NCBI GenBank assembly: GCA_964364285.1
Contig: CAYIKZ010000002.1
Location: 3,800 to 67,799 of the forward strand
Source of the DNA: an uncultured Candidatus Saccharibacteria bacterium
GTDB taxonomy: Bacteria > Patescibacteriota > Doudnabacteria > UBA920 > VMFF01
Reading direction: 5' to 3'
DNA length: 64,000 nucleotides
Shown here: one piece after another, positions 20,811 to 31,143 of the stretch
Layout of the letters: every line of letters begins with the position of its first letter
Position numbering within the stretch: the stretch's first letter is position 1
The notes under the pieces: model-generated
Told to the model about the DNA's origin: nothing
The model's input: the letters and a program-made list of their open reading frames with translations, nothing else
Database searches by the model: none
Translations under genes and position numbers: made by a program

Positions 20811-22043
20811 ATGTTTTTCCAATCCATAAAAATAGCGGCAAGAGCATTGCTTCTTAACAAAACAAGATCATTCCTTACAATGTTAGGAATCATCATTGGT
20901 ATTACCGCGGTTATTGTCCTAATCTCAGCAGGACAAGGTGCTCAGGAGCTCATTGTTAATCAGGTTAAAGGAATAGGGTCAAACCTTCTTTTTGTAATTC
21001 CTGGTGGAAGTGGTAAATCACAGTTTTCAGCGCCAGCATCAGCTCAAGGAATCATCATCACGTCTTTAGTTGATTCAGATATTAAATCACTCCGTAACAA
21101 ATTGCTTGCTCCTGACATTGAATATGTAAGTCCGGAAGTTAGAGGACAATATACAGTTTCATACAATAACGTTGACCAGATTGCTCCTGTAGTCGGCGAA
21201 GATGAAAACTTTGGTGTTGTTAGAAACATTAATTTAACAGCAGGAAACTGGTTTACTAAATCAGATGTAGATGGTTTAACTCAAGTAGCAATTTTAGGTT
21301 CAACTATAAAAGAGGATCTTTTTGGAGAACAAGATCCAATCGGTCAGTTGGTTAAGATAAAGCAGGTGAGCTTTAGAGTTGTTGGTGTTTCTGAACCAAA
21401 AGGAGTTGGTGCTTTTGGTGTTGATCAAGACACCCAGATCATTGTTCCTGTAAGCACAGCTCAAAAACTTCTTTTAGGAATTAACCATTACAACTTAATT
21501 TCAATTCAGGTTAAAGACGCAGACTCAATTCCACTTGCAAGAGAAGAAGTTGAACGAATTTTAAGATACAATCATAAAATATCAGATCCACAGAAAGATG
21601 ATTTTACCGTTCGTAATCCTCAAGATGCTTTAAGCCTGCTTTCAAACATCACTTCAGTACTAACAATATTCTTAGGAGCAATTGCAGGAATATCTTTGTT
21701 AGTAGGTGGTATTGGTATTATGAATATCATGCTTGTTTCAGTTACAGAAAGAACAAGAGAGATTGGTTTAAGAAAAGCAATCGGAGCCAAGAGAAAAGAT
21801 ATTCTCTTGCAGTTCCTCATAGAAGCGGTTTTCTTAACAATTTTAGGTGGGGTTATTGGAATATTCTTAGGATACTTGGGAGCTGTTGGTATAGCGTTAA
21901 TAGGGAAATGGACTCCTGTTGTTTCCATAGGTTCAATACTCCTTGCTTTTGGGGTTTGTACGCTATTTGGTTTAATCTTTGGAATATATCCAGCAAATAA
22001 AGCATCCAAACTTAGTCCAATAGAAGCGTTAAGATATGAATAA
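20811..22043 (+). CDS. ABC transporter permease (MacB/FtsX-like)
   Basis: RSFLTMLGIIIG, GIGIMNIMLVSVTERTREIGLRKAIGA and PIEALRYE. Confidence 0.95.
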   Translation: MFFQSIKIAARALLLNKTRSFLTMLGIIIGITAVIVLISAGQGAQELIVNQVKGIGSNLLFVIPGGSGKSQFSAPASAQGIIITSLVDSDIKSLRNKLLAPDIEYVSPEVRGQYTVSYNNVDQIAPVVGEDENFGVVRNINLTAGNWFTKSDVDGLTQVAILGSTIKEDLFGEQDPIGQLVKIKQVSFRVVGVSEPKGVGAFGVDQDTQIIVPVSTAQKLLLGINHYNLISIQVKDADSIPLAREEVERILRYNHKISDPQKDDFTVRNPQDALSLLSNITSVLTIFLGAIAGISLLVGGIGIMNIMLVSVTERTREIGLRKAIGAKRKDILLQFLIEAVFLTILGGVIGIFLGYLGAVGIALIGKWTPVVSIGSILLAFGVCTLFGLIFGIYPANKASKLSPIEALRYE

Positions 22044-22080
22044 CCCGAGCAATCGGGTTTTTTTGTGCTAAGATATATCT

Positions 22081-23325
22081 ATGCAACCAAAACAAAAAAC
22101 AATCGTAGTAGTCGGTGGAGGATTTGGTGGTTTAAACGCCGCCATTCTATTACGCAAATACCTTCGTCAGGAAAAAGCACACGTTTTGTTAATAGATAAA
22201 AGCTCGTATCATCTTTACTACCCAAACCTTTATGAGGTCGCTTCTTCAGAAGAAGAGTTTGTTAGTATAAAGGCTTTGAAGAAAAGCATTGCCCTTCCTT
22301 TTACTGATGTGCTTTCAAGACACAACATTCAGTTCATCGAAGCAGAAGTAACCAAAATACATCAAAAAGAAAACTACGTTGTTTTTAGAGAAGAAAAAGT
22401 AGACTATGATTACCTTGTTTTAGCAACAGGTGCTGTTTCAGATTTCTTCGACATTCCTGGAGCAGAACAAAACGCTCTAACCTTTAAATCAGTAAACGAT
22501 GCTTTAAGAGTTAGAGCAAGTCTTGAAGCACTGGTTCAACAAGCAGCAACAACCACAGCAAAGAGACCTGTTAGAATAATCATTGCAGGCGGAGGCTTTA
22601 CAGGAGTTGAGTTAGCAGGAGAACTAACAAACCTAAAAAAGATTGTTGCTTGGAAATATTCTTTTCCAGAAGAGAAAATAGAGATTGAGATAATAGAAGG
22701 ATCTAATCAGTTAATGCCAGGAATGGGGAAAGAGGTGTACTTACCAATCGCAGAAAGATTAAAGGAGATTGGAGTTCGTATTAGCTTCAATTCAATAATC
22801 ACAGAAGTTTCAGAAAAAAGCATTACTTTAAAAAATGGAGAGGTTCAAAATTTTGATATGATCATTTGGGCAGCTGGTATAAAAGGGGCGGATATTCCTT
22901 TAGATGAAAAAACCGAAACAGATCACAAAAATCGTTGTATGACCAGTACTGATTTAACCCTTAAAGATTTCTCTAATGTGTATTTAATAGGGGACAATGC
23001 TTGTGTGCTAGACCCAAACAAAATGCCAATGCCACAAACAGCAACACAGGCAATTGATCAGGCAGAGTTTGTAGCTCATAACATTGCTGCTTCAGTAAAC
23101 GGATATCCAACATTTGAATATGTAACTAAACCATCACCATACATCATCCCTGTAAAAGGGAAGTGGGCATTATTACACCTTGCAAATGGTGTGAATATCA
23201 AAGGATTCTTTGCTTGGTTTGTAAAGCAATTCGCAAACTTAAGATATTTTATGCGTTTACTACCCCCTTGGAAAGCAATCTGGCTTGCTTGGTTTGATGT
23301 TGAAATATATACCAGGAATGATTAA
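22081..23325 (+). CDS. ndh: Type II NADH dehydrogenase-like FAD/NAD oxidoreductase
   Basis: GGGFGG, YDYLVLATG, GGGFTGVELAGE, IGD and ATQAIDQA. Confidence 0.85.
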   Translation: MQPKQKTIVVVGGGFGGLNAAILLRKYLRQEKAHVLLIDKSSYHLYYPNLYEVASSEEEFVSIKALKKSIALPFTDVLSRHNIQFIEAEVTKIHQKENYVVFREEKVDYDYLVLATGAVSDFFDIPGAEQNALTFKSVNDALRVRASLEALVQQAATTTAKRPVRIIIAGGGFTGVELAGELTNLKKIVAWKYSFPEEKIEIEIIEGSNQLMPGMGKEVYLPIAERLKEIGVRISFNSIITEVSEKSITLKNGEVQNFDMIIWAAGIKGADIPLDEKTETDHKNRCMTSTDLTLKDFSNVYLIGDNACVLDPNKMPMPQTATQAIDQAEFVAHNIAASVNGYPTFEYVTKPSPYIIPVKGKWALLHLANGVNIKGFFAWFVKQFANLRYFMRLLPPWKAIWLAWFDVEIYTRND

Positions 23326-23353
23326 AAAAACCGCAGAGCTTTCTGCGGTTTTT
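23326..23353. terminator. Bidirectional terminator between ndh and topA
   Basis: AAAAACCGCAGA-gctt-TCTGCGGTTTTT. Confidence 0.8.
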
Positions 23354-23355
23354 AA

Positions 23356-25584
23356 CTATTCCTTTTTCTTTTTGTAAAATCTTTTCTTTCCTGTTTTTTT
23401 GGGTTTTGCTTTTTGTTCTTCCCAAAGCGTTTTAAGCTCTTCTTCAGTCTGTGGTTTCTTGTTTATGATGAAATTACAATCAGGATATCTAGAACAGGAA
23501 TAGAAAGGCTGACCACGTCCACGAGCTTTCTTTTCCACAACCTCTCCAATACCACAACTTGGACACTTAAAACCAACCTTAGTTAAAATCTTTTTAATTC
23601 CCTTACACTCTGGATACTTAGCACAACCTAAGAAGAAACCAAACCTTCCGCGTTGTATTTTCATAGGACCACTACAGATAGGGCAGAGCTCTCCTTTTGT
23701 TTTCTCTTCCAGCTCTTTAATCTTTGCTTCTTCCTCAGGCATTGGTTTAGTAATCTTTTCACCCTCAGGACATGCCAAGAACTTTCCAAACCTCCCGTAT
23801 TTTATAATCATTGGTTTGCCACAGTGAGGACAAGGAGTGTCAGAAACAGTAACCTGTTTTTCAACCTCTTCATTTTTTATATCCAAATGTTTTTTAAAAG
23901 GATCGTAGAATTCTTTAATGACTGGTTGCCATTCAATCTTTCCCTCAGCGATTTCATCAAGCTCATCTTCCATCTTTGCTGTAAACCCAATGTCTATGAC
24001 TTCAGGGAAGTGTTCGACTAAAAGATCGTTAACCAAAAACCCTATTTCAGTCGGATTATACTTTTTGTCTATCTTCTCAACATATTCACGATCTTGAATT
24101 GTAGAAAGAGTAGGCGCATATGTTGAAGGTCTGCCAATACCGTGTCCTTCCAAAGCTTTAATCAAAGTAGCATCAGAATATCTTGGAGGTGGTTCTGTAA
24201 AGTGTTGATTTGGAACAAGCTCTGAAAGCTCCAAAGCTTCGCCTTTAGAAAGTTCAGGTAATTGTCCTTCTACCTCTGACTCTTCATCATCACGCCCCTC
24301 AGTGTATGCTTTAATGAAACCTTCAAACTTAACAACCTGTCCATTTGCTCTCAATCCATATATTTTAGAGGATTTACCTTTGCTTTCAATATCAACTGCA
24401 GTTGCGTCAAAAACAGCTTGTGCCATTTGGCTTGCAATAGTTCTTTTCCAGATTAAATCATAGATTTTTTGTTGTCCTCGATCTAAGAAAGAACGAACCA
24501 TATCAGGATGACGCATTAAATCAGTTGGGCGGATTGCTTCGTGTGCTTCCTGTGCATTCTTTGATTTGTTGCTATACCTTCTTGCTTGACCATGATAATA
24601 GGTTTTACCAAAACGGGATTCAATGACTTCAGATGCTTGTTTCAAAGCAAACTCAGAAAGATTAACAGAGTCAGTACGCATGTAAGTGATTAAACCAGTT
24701 GAACCTTCTTCTCCAATATCAATACCTTCATAGAGCTGTTGAGCTATGACCATTGTTTGTTTTGCAGACATACCAAATTTTCGAGCTGCTTCTTGTTGCA
24801 AAGTTGATGTTGTAAAGGGTGCTGCTGGGTTTCTGTTGACTTCTTTCTTTTCTATTTCAGTGACTGTATACTTTGCACCATCTAAATCAGACACGACCTC
24901 ATTTGCTGAAACGTCTTTTACAATATCAAACTTTCCAAGAGTTTTACCATCAATTTTGTTTAACTTCGCAGAGAAAGAAGTTTTGTCCTTAGAAAACAAA
25001 GCATCAATACTCCAGTATTCTTCTTTAACAAATTTCTCAATTTCTCTTTCACGTTCAACAATCAAACGTAAAGCAACAGACTGAACCCTTCCAGCTGACA
25101 AACCATAACGGACTTTTTTCCAGATGAAAGGGGAGAGTCCATAACCAACCAAGCGATCTAAGATTCTTCGTGCTTGCTGAGCATCTACTAAATGCATGTT
25201 TAAATTACGAGGATGTGCTAAAGCCTCATCAATCGCGGTTTTAGTAATTTCATGGAATACAATTCTTTTTGGATCCTTATTCTTAAGTTTTAAGGCAGAC
25301 ACCAAATGCCAGGAAATAGCTTCTCCTTCGCGGTCTTCGTCAGTTGCCAGAATAACTTCAGTTGCTTTATCTGCTTTAGCTTTTAATTCACTGATTATTT
25401 TTTTAGCTTTAACTGGAACAATATATGTGGGTTCAAAGTTGTTTTCAATATCAATACCCATCTTGCTTTTAGGAAGATCTCTAACATGTCCGAAAGATGC
25501 TTGAACGTCAAAATCCTTTCCCAAGAAACGGGAAATTGTTTTTGCTTTAGTCGGAGACTCAACAATTACTAATGTTTTTTTCAT
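23356..25584 (-). CDS. topA: DNA topoisomerase I
   Basis: LVIVESPTKAKTI, ATDEDREGEAI, SAGRVQS, ITYMRTDS and C-terminal Zn ribbons. Confidence 0.98.
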   Translation of the reverse strand: MKKTLVIVESPTKAKTISRFLGKDFDVQASFGHVRDLPKSKMGIDIENNFEPTYIVPVKAKKIISELKAKADKATEVILATDEDREGEAISWHLVSALKLKNKDPKRIVFHEITKTAIDEALAHPRNLNMHLVDAQQARRILDRLVGYGLSPFIWKKVRYGLSAGRVQSVALRLIVEREREIEKFVKEEYWSIDALFSKDKTSFSAKLNKIDGKTLGKFDIVKDVSANEVVSDLDGAKYTVTEIEKKEVNRNPAAPFTTSTLQQEAARKFGMSAKQTMVIAQQLYEGIDIGEEGSTGLITYMRTDSVNLSEFALKQASEVIESRFGKTYYHGQARRYSNKSKNAQEAHEAIRPTDLMRHPDMVRSFLDRGQQKIYDLIWKRTIASQMAQAVFDATAVDIESKGKSSKIYGLRANGQVVKFEGFIKAYTEGRDDEESEVEGQLPELSKGEALELSELVPNQHFTEPPPRYSDATLIKALEGHGIGRPSTYAPTLSTIQDREYVEKIDKKYNPTEIGFLVNDLLVEHFPEVIDIGFTAKMEDELDEIAEGKIEWQPVIKEFYDPFKKHLDIKNEEVEKQVTVSDTPCPHCGKPMIIKYGRFGKFLACPEGEKITKPMPEEEAKIKELEEKTKGELCPICSGPMKIQRGRFGFFLGCAKYPECKGIKKILTKVGFKCPSCGIGEVVEKKARGRGQPFYSCSRYPDCNFIINKKPQTEEELKTLWEEQKAKPKKTGKKRFYKKKKE

Positions 25585-25756
25585 CCACTCTATATATTAG
25601 TTGCAGAAACAGCGCTAATTACTTTAAGAGTTTAACTATATGTTTCAAAGGTTGTCAAATATACCTCTCAAAAACAACCCATAACTACAATCCTTAATAT
25701 CTAGGTGTGGTATACTTCTAAATGCATAGAAAAGGCAATAAACAAAGGGGGTTTAG

Positions 25757-25790
25757 TACCGTTGACAAAGTAACGGTATTGTGTTAAATT
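25757..25790 (+). promoter_or_regulatory. Sigma70-type promoter with overlapping palindrome
   Basis: TTGACA(25762)-17nt-TAAATT; TACCGTT...AACGGTA inverted repeat spans the -35 box. Confidence 0.6.
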
Positions 25791-25796
25791 ACAGTG

Positions 25797-25975
25797 TTAG
25801 TTGTTCCTTTATATATATTTCATCCAGCCCCCTATTTGCGAGTAGCGAAAATAGATATGAATCCCTCCTACTATTTGTAAGTAGCTGTCAAGTAAAGGTT
25901 GGCAGCGTTTGTTGTCTTCCTTTCACTCGTAAATAGGGTATTGTATGAAATATTAAAGCGCTTTTGCGCTTTTTT
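25797..25975 (+). ncRNA. Putative structured non-coding RNA (family unknown; 6S-like possible)
   Basis: Nested stems ATATTTCAT/ATGAAATAT and CCCTATTTGCGAGT/ACTCGTAAATAGGG, two inner hairpins, promoter upstream, terminator AAAGCGC-tttt-GCGCTTTTTT at the end. Confidence 0.55.
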
Positions 25976-26057
25976 GTTTTTATGGTATATTGAGTTGCTC
26001 ACTCACACACGAGAGAGAGGCGCCGTGGCTAGACACGGAAGTCGAAGGAGGATTCAC

Positions 26058-26987
26058 ATGACGCATCGCGAAGTGCACTTCCGCGTGTCTGATGAAGACA
26101 TGCGGAAGATCGATGGGGTCTGGTCGAGTCTGAGAGACAAGGCTCAAAGGGGCCGTCTCCCAATCGACAAGATCATCCGGGAGCTCCAGCGTGCCAATGA
26201 AGGTCACTTCACGGCACCGCCGCTGACATACAGCGACGAGGAGTGTTCGGATGAAGAGAAGGGGATGTACAACGGAAACCACAAGCCTGCAAGCATCTGG
26301 GAGCAGGCGCAGTTCTGGAGTCGTATTCTCCCAGATGCGGACTTCTCGTATCTTGAGAAGTTCGCCGGAGGAGACCCTGATCTGTACCAGCTCGCCGAGC
26401 AGTGGGGTGTGGTTCCGAAGCCTCAGCTGCTTCGCGCTCCCGACTACTGGGGTGCCTACCAGCACCTCGTGCACACGTACTTCAGTTTGGACGGGGACTT
26501 CCCACACATCATGATGCAGTGGAGCGGTTTCATCAACGACCACAGCGACAGGCCACGTCTGACCAGGAAGACTGCTGCGTGGCATGAACGCATCACCGAG
26601 CAGACACCGGGAGACTTCCTGGTTTTCCCGTTCCAGTTCGGTGCTTTGCACGCCGGCAGATCTAGGCGCCGTGCCCAGGTTTGCTATGAGCACAACGAGA
26701 TTGGCCTCGGTCCTTACGAGGCATTGTGCTTGCTTGCAACGCATCCGAACCGGCTCGCGCAGGGCGCTCTCGGGTTCTACTGCATCGGTGCGAAGTGTGG
26801 CTGGCACAAGCGGGATCAGCAGGTTCCGAGTTCGGCGATGTATCCTAGCTGGTTCTGTCCGCGTTTCGGGTATTCCGACGTTGATCAGATAGCATTCGTT
26901 GACTGCGGCTTGCCGACGTACCAATCGAACCGCTACATTGGTTCGATCACGGCGTTCGAGTTGCCGATCGAGGAAGTCGCTGACTGA
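26058..26987 (+). CDS. Hypothetical protein, GC-rich patch
   Basis: AAGGAGG SD before ATG 26058; 309 aa; long hairpin AGGACCTGGGTTCT...AGAATCCAGGTCCT downstream. Confidence 0.75.
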   Translation: MTHREVHFRVSDEDMRKIDGVWSSLRDKAQRGRLPIDKIIRELQRANEGHFTAPPLTYSDEECSDEEKGMYNGNHKPASIWEQAQFWSRILPDADFSYLEKFAGGDPDLYQLAEQWGVVPKPQLLRAPDYWGAYQHLVHTYFSLDGDFPHIMMQWSGFINDHSDRPRLTRKTAAWHERITEQTPGDFLVFPFQFGALHAGRSRRRAQVCYEHNEIGLGPYEALCLLATHPNRLAQGALGFYCIGAKCGWHKRDQQVPSSAMYPSWFCPRFGYSDVDQIAFVDCGLPTYQSNRYIGSITAFELPIEEVAD

Positions 26988-27074
26988 TCGGATCGCGTCA
27001 TTAACAAAGGACCTGGGTTCTGAGGATTGAAAAATCCAAAGAATCCAGGTCCTGCAGTTTTTAATACACGTTTT

Positions 27075-27605
27075 TTAAACCTTTGCTTTTAACTCAAGAA
27101 GAACCCTTGCTTTAATTGCATCAAAAGGAATTTGTTCCAGTTCTTCATCTGAAAAATCCTGTAATACAAAAGCATCTGTTGGCATGTGTTCCTTGTTTTC
27201 TCTGCTTTCAACGCCAATGCGTATTCTTCGGAACTCCTTTGTTCCCAAATAGTCGATTAATGAGGTAACTCCATTGTGTCCTGCAGATCCCGAGTTATCC
27301 GTAAACTTAATTGTTCCTAAAGGCAAGTCAACATCATCATGCAAAACCACAATATCTTTAGGTGTTAACTTGTAGAAATCAAGAATCTGTTTAACAGCTT
27401 TTCCAGAGTCATTCATAAAGGTTTGAGGAAAGACGAAAAAGGTTTTCTCTGGCATATGTATTTCACAAATCTTTGAATCAAAACTTGAATTACATGAGAT
27501 TGTTTGTAGTTCTTTTAATATATGATCCAAAGCCAAGAACCCGACATTGTGTCGGTTGTTTTTGTATTTCTCTCCTGGATTTCCAAGTCCAATTATTACC
27601 TGCAT
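27075..27605 (-). CDS. pth: Peptidyl-tRNA hydrolase
   Basis: GLGNPG, RHNVGF, PQTFMNDSG, HDDVD and GHNG. Confidence 0.97.
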   Translation of the reverse strand: MQVIIGLGNPGEKYKNNRHNVGFLALDHILKELQTISCNSSFDSKICEIHMPEKTFFVFPQTFMNDSGKAVKQILDFYKLTPKDIVVLHDDVDLPLGTIKFTDNSGSAGHNGVTSLIDYLGTKEFRRIRIGVESRENKEHMPTDAFVLQDFSDEELEQIPFDAIKARVLLELKAKV

Positions 27606-27608
27606 ATA

Positions 27609-28973
27609 TTAATAGTTTACCATTTCTTCATTAAATTTTGGATTACCACGTTTTGCTTGAAGTTTTAGTATAATCGGTGTGCCCCAGAAACCAAGTTCTT
27701 TCATAATGGAGTTTTGAATGAATTTTCTAAACTGCATTGAGATTGCAGAAGGTTCATTAACCATCATTAAGAAAACCGGGGGATTAGTACTTGTTTGTTG
27801 TAGGGAATATACTTTTGGAACTCTTTCGTCTCTAAGTCTTTGTGGTTGTCTAATCTTTTGCTTAGCGTAGAAAAAGTCTTTTAAAGTTTGACTATCAATT
27901 TCTTTTTTCCTGTTTACTTCAATAGTTAGGATGTAGTCCAAAACTTCTTTAACACCCTCTCCGTCTTTTGCTGAGATTGGAACAGCAGGAGCCCACCAAA
28001 GGAAAGGGAAGTAATCAGGAAGTTGTGAGAAGAGCTTTTCTTTTTTCTTTGGAGCAAGTAAATCAATCTTGTTTGCAACCAAAACAAATCCTTTAGATGC
28101 TTCAACTATTTCTCCTGCAATTCTTTGATCTTGCTGTGAGATACTTTCTGAAGCATCGATCATAAACAAACAGACATCAGCTTTGCGCATTGCGCGTATT
28201 GTTTGAAGAGCCGCGTATATATCAGGAAGCGCTTGGTTCTTCTCTTTGCGCTTTAACCCAGCAGTGTCTAAGAATTTAATCTTGTGTCCTTTGTAAGTTA
28301 TATCAGTATCAACAACATTTCTTGTTGTTCCTGGAACACTTGAAACAACAACTCTTTCTTCACCAATGATTTTGTTAAACAAAGAAGATTTACCAACATT
28401 TGGTTTACCAAGAATTGCAACGGATATAGTGGAGGGGTCTTTTTCAATTTGTCCGAATCCTTGTTTTTTCAAAGAATCGGTAATGCCATCAAGCAAATCT
28501 CCAGTACCCATTCCTGAAACAGCAGAGATTGGAAAAATATTTTTAAATCCAGTAAAAGAATATTCTGAAACCATTTCGACAAACTTTTTAGGAGAGTCGA
28601 TTTTGTTAATAACCAGGAGAACATCTTTCTTTTGTTTCCTGAGTTTTAACATAATGTTTCTGTCGATTGAGTCAGCAGGTTTTTTACCATCCAAAACATA
28701 AAGGATTAAATCAGCTTCACTGATTGCAATCTCAACTTGCTTTTGAATATTTTTCTCTAGCTCATCGCGTTGTTCCAGGATTATTCCAGCAGTATCAATC
28801 AAAGAGAAATCAACTGCATTCCAAGTAGCAGGAGCATAAAAACGATCACGGGTTGTTCCAGCAACTGAAGATGTTAAAGCAATTCTTGCTTCAACAAGTT
28901 TGTTCATTAATGTTGATTTTCCTACATTTGGTTCTCCGATAATTGCAACCAATGCTTCTCTTTCGTTAGACAT
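27609..28973 (-). CDS. der: Ribosome biogenesis GTPase Der/EngA
   Basis: Two GTPase domains (GEPNVGKST, GKPNVGKSS, DTAG, NKID) plus a KH-like C-terminus. Confidence 0.96.
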   Translation of the reverse strand: MSNEREALVAIIGEPNVGKSTLMNKLVEARIALTSSVAGTTRDRFYAPATWNAVDFSLIDTAGIILEQRDELEKNIQKQVEIAISEADLILYVLDGKKPADSIDRNIMLKLRKQKKDVLLVINKIDSPKKFVEMVSEYSFTGFKNIFPISAVSGMGTGDLLDGITDSLKKQGFGQIEKDPSTISVAILGKPNVGKSSLFNKIIGEERVVVSSVPGTTRNVVDTDITYKGHKIKFLDTAGLKRKEKNQALPDIYAALQTIRAMRKADVCLFMIDASESISQQDQRIAGEIVEASKGFVLVANKIDLLAPKKKEKLFSQLPDYFPFLWWAPAVPISAKDGEGVKEVLDYILTIEVNRKKEIDSQTLKDFFYAKQKIRQPQRLRDERVPKVYSLQQTSTNPPVFLMMVNEPSAISMQFRKFIQNSIMKELGFWGTPIILKLQAKRGNPKFNEEMVNY

Positions 28974-28975
28974 AG

Positions 28976-30292
28976 CTATTTACCTCCTGCGACAAAAAGC
29001 ACCAGGTCGACTCTTGCAGTCATACTTTCTGGCTTTGGCAAAGCTTTTGTGCTTACTAATTGTTGAATATATGTAATAGTGGCGGGTTTGTCTTCATTAA
29101 CCTTGTAAAAAGCACTGTTGCTTAGCGGTAACCCTCGGTATGGTACTTCATAAACAACAACACCTGCATTAACTAATTGTTTTTTGATTAAGTTGTAATA
29201 CTCAGGATCTCTCCCCGCGTTTTCTAAGATTAAAGAAGCAGACTCTGTTTTAACAGCTGTGTTACTGAAACTGTTTTTAAAGTATGTTTGCACTTGATTA
29301 GTTGTCACTCCTTCACATGGGAAGATTACATAACCAACTTCTTCTTTCACTCCATCACAAAACATTCCTGCTTCTAAGTCAATGCTCTCTGAAGTAATTT
29401 TAACTTCAGGAGATTTTAATATCTCAGCAAGATGTAGTAATTCGCTTGGTTCGACATTTGTGTGAGCACGATCTGCAAGAATATCTAAGAGATCATTGAT
29501 TGTTCCTGAGCTTGAAAGAATACCTAAGTCTTGAACCTTGGTTTTAAAAGCGTCTAAAACTTTTGCTTGACGTATGCTTCTAGCAATATCTGAGTCTTCT
29601 AAATTCGTGCCGTGTCTTGAACGAACAAATTGCAAAGCTCTTGTACCACTCATTTTTTCAAGACCTTTGTTAAAAACCAAGGTTGGTAAGTATCCAAACG
29701 TATCATTTGGATATTGGCTGTCTGTAAAACTGGTATCAATCTGAACATCAATACCACCTAAGCGATCAACTGCTTTTTCAAAACCTTTAAAATCAATACT
29801 AGCAAAATATGGAATGGTTAGCCCTGTAATTTTGTCAGCAGCTTTTAAAGCTTTTTCTCCTGCTTCATTAAAATCATGGCGTGGTTGATATCCAGCAGCA
29901 AAAGCAAAATTAATCTTTTGTTTTCCGTCTTCCCAGTAGTAATCGCGGGGGAGAGAGGTCAGAGCAACCTGTTTAGTTTCAGGATTAATGCTTGCAAGAA
30001 TAATAGTGTCAGTTAAAAACGGACCATCGTGTCCTTCACCACCATACCCAAGAAGTAAAATATTAATCCTTCCTTCTGATTCTCCTTTGAGAGACGACGT
30101 GCTTCCTGAAAACACCAAAGTAGTTACCTTTTTAAAGAAAGAAGATTTATGTACAAAAACTTTGCTTCCAAAAGAATATGCTTTAGAAAAAAGAACTCCT
30201 AAGATGATGCATAGGATAATCAGGGCTGGCCAGAATATTCTTGGGAACCAGCGCCTTTTTGTTTGTGGTTGTATATCTTGAAATTGTTGCAT
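28976..30292 (-). CDS. LCP (LytR-CpsA-Psr) family protein
   Basis: INILLLG, TDTIIL, SLPRD, ALQFVRSRH and RSIRQ. Start set at MQQFQDI. Confidence 0.92.
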   Translation of the reverse strand: MQQFQDIQPQTKRRWFPRIFWPALIILCIILGVLFSKAYSFGSKVFVHKSSFFKKVTTLVFSGSTSSLKGESEGRINILLLGYGGEGHDGPFLTDTIILASINPETKQVALTSLPRDYYWEDGKQKINFAFAAGYQPRHDFNEAGEKALKAADKITGLTIPYFASIDFKGFEKAVDRLGGIDVQIDTSFTDSQYPNDTFGYLPTLVFNKGLEKMSGTRALQFVRSRHGTNLEDSDIARSIRQAKVLDAFKTKVQDLGILSSSGTINDLLDILADRAHTNVEPSELLHLAEILKSPEVKITSESIDLEAGMFCDGVKEEVGYVIFPCEGVTTNQVQTYFKNSFSNTAVKTESASLILENAGRDPEYYNLIKKQLVNAGVVVYEVPYRGLPLSNSAFYKVNEDKPATITYIQQLVSTKALPKPESMTARVDLVLFVAGGK

Positions 30293-30429
30293 AGTAGCTT
30301 GGTTAGTATATCTGAAAATGAGCCTTTTGCGAAGCAAAAGAACCCTCTTAAACGCTTGCAATACTTAAAAAGAACAGGTATATTGAATTAGTTAAGTTCT
30401 ACTTTTTAGCTCTAGGTGGCGACTGTTTT

Positions 30430-30506
30430 GGACGATTAGCTCAGCTGGTTAGAGCGCACCGTTCACATCGGTGAGGTCAAAGGTTCGAGTCCTTTATCGT
30501 CCACCA
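30430..30506 (+). tRNA. tRNA-Val(CAC)
   Basis: GGACGATTAGCTCAGCTGGTTAGAGCG CACCG-TTCACAT-CGGTG ... GGTTCGAGTCC...ACCA. Confidence 0.96.
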
Positions 30507-30524
30507 AAGTTTCAAACAAAAAAC

Positions 30525-31142
30525 ATGCAAACAGATCCAGAACAACAGAATACAGAAAACCAGGAAACCGAAAGCGGTTTAAAAGAGCTTGGACTTTTTG
30601 TCTGGGACTTGGTTAAGGTTTTAATAATCGCGATGGCAATAATCTTGCCGATTAGATACGCTGTAGCTCAGCCTTTCATTGTTTCCGGTTCTTCCATGGA
30701 ACCCACCTTCTATTCTGGTGAATACTTAATCATCAATGAATGGACATATCATTTCGACAATCCACAAAGAGGCGATGTAGTAGTTTTTAAATATCCTAAA
30801 GACACAAGTCAATATTTCATAAAAAGAATAATTGCATTACCTGGTGAAAGAGTTAAGATAGAGGAAGATAACGTCATTATTTACAACAAAGAACATCCAA
30901 ACGGATGGGTGTTAGATGAATCATACATTCCTTCGTCAGACACAACTCTTCCAGTAGGTGATGGTATGACAACATTGGGAAGCAATGAGTACTATGTTTT
31001 GGGTGATAATCGTTTAGCATCATCCGATTCTCGTTTCTGGGGCCCAGTTCCTAAAAATGACATCATCGGAAAAGTTTTCGTTAGAGCTTTTCCTTTCAGT
31101 GACTTAAAGAAATTTGAAACAATTGAATACGGGGTTAAATAA
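30525..31142 (+). CDS. lepB: Signal peptidase I
   Basis: GSSMEPT, RGDVVVF, IKRIIALPGE and GDNRLASSDSR. Confidence 0.96.
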   Translation: MQTDPEQQNTENQETESGLKELGLFVWDLVKVLIIAMAIILPIRYAVAQPFIVSGSSMEPTFYSGEYLIINEWTYHFDNPQRGDVVVFKYPKDTSQYFIKRIIALPGERVKIEEDNVIIYNKEHPNGWVLDESYIPSSDTTLPVGDGMTTLGSNEYYVLGDNRLASSDSRFWGPVPKNDIIGKVFVRAFPFSDLKKFETIEYGVK

Positions 31143-31143
31143 T

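Noticed and set aside
25980-26924. Long antisense and alternative-frame ORFs in the GC-rich patches (also 36754-37683, 37689-38339, 52795-53312, 6429-6740)
   Set aside because: Shadow ORFs expected from high GC3 on the opposite strand; the sense ORFs have the SD sequences and, for pyrF/pyrE, recognisable motifs.
27000-27065. Integron attC sites at the hairpins following GC-rich genes
   Set aside because: RYYYAAC/GTTRRRY ends do not match and there is no integron integrase in the window.
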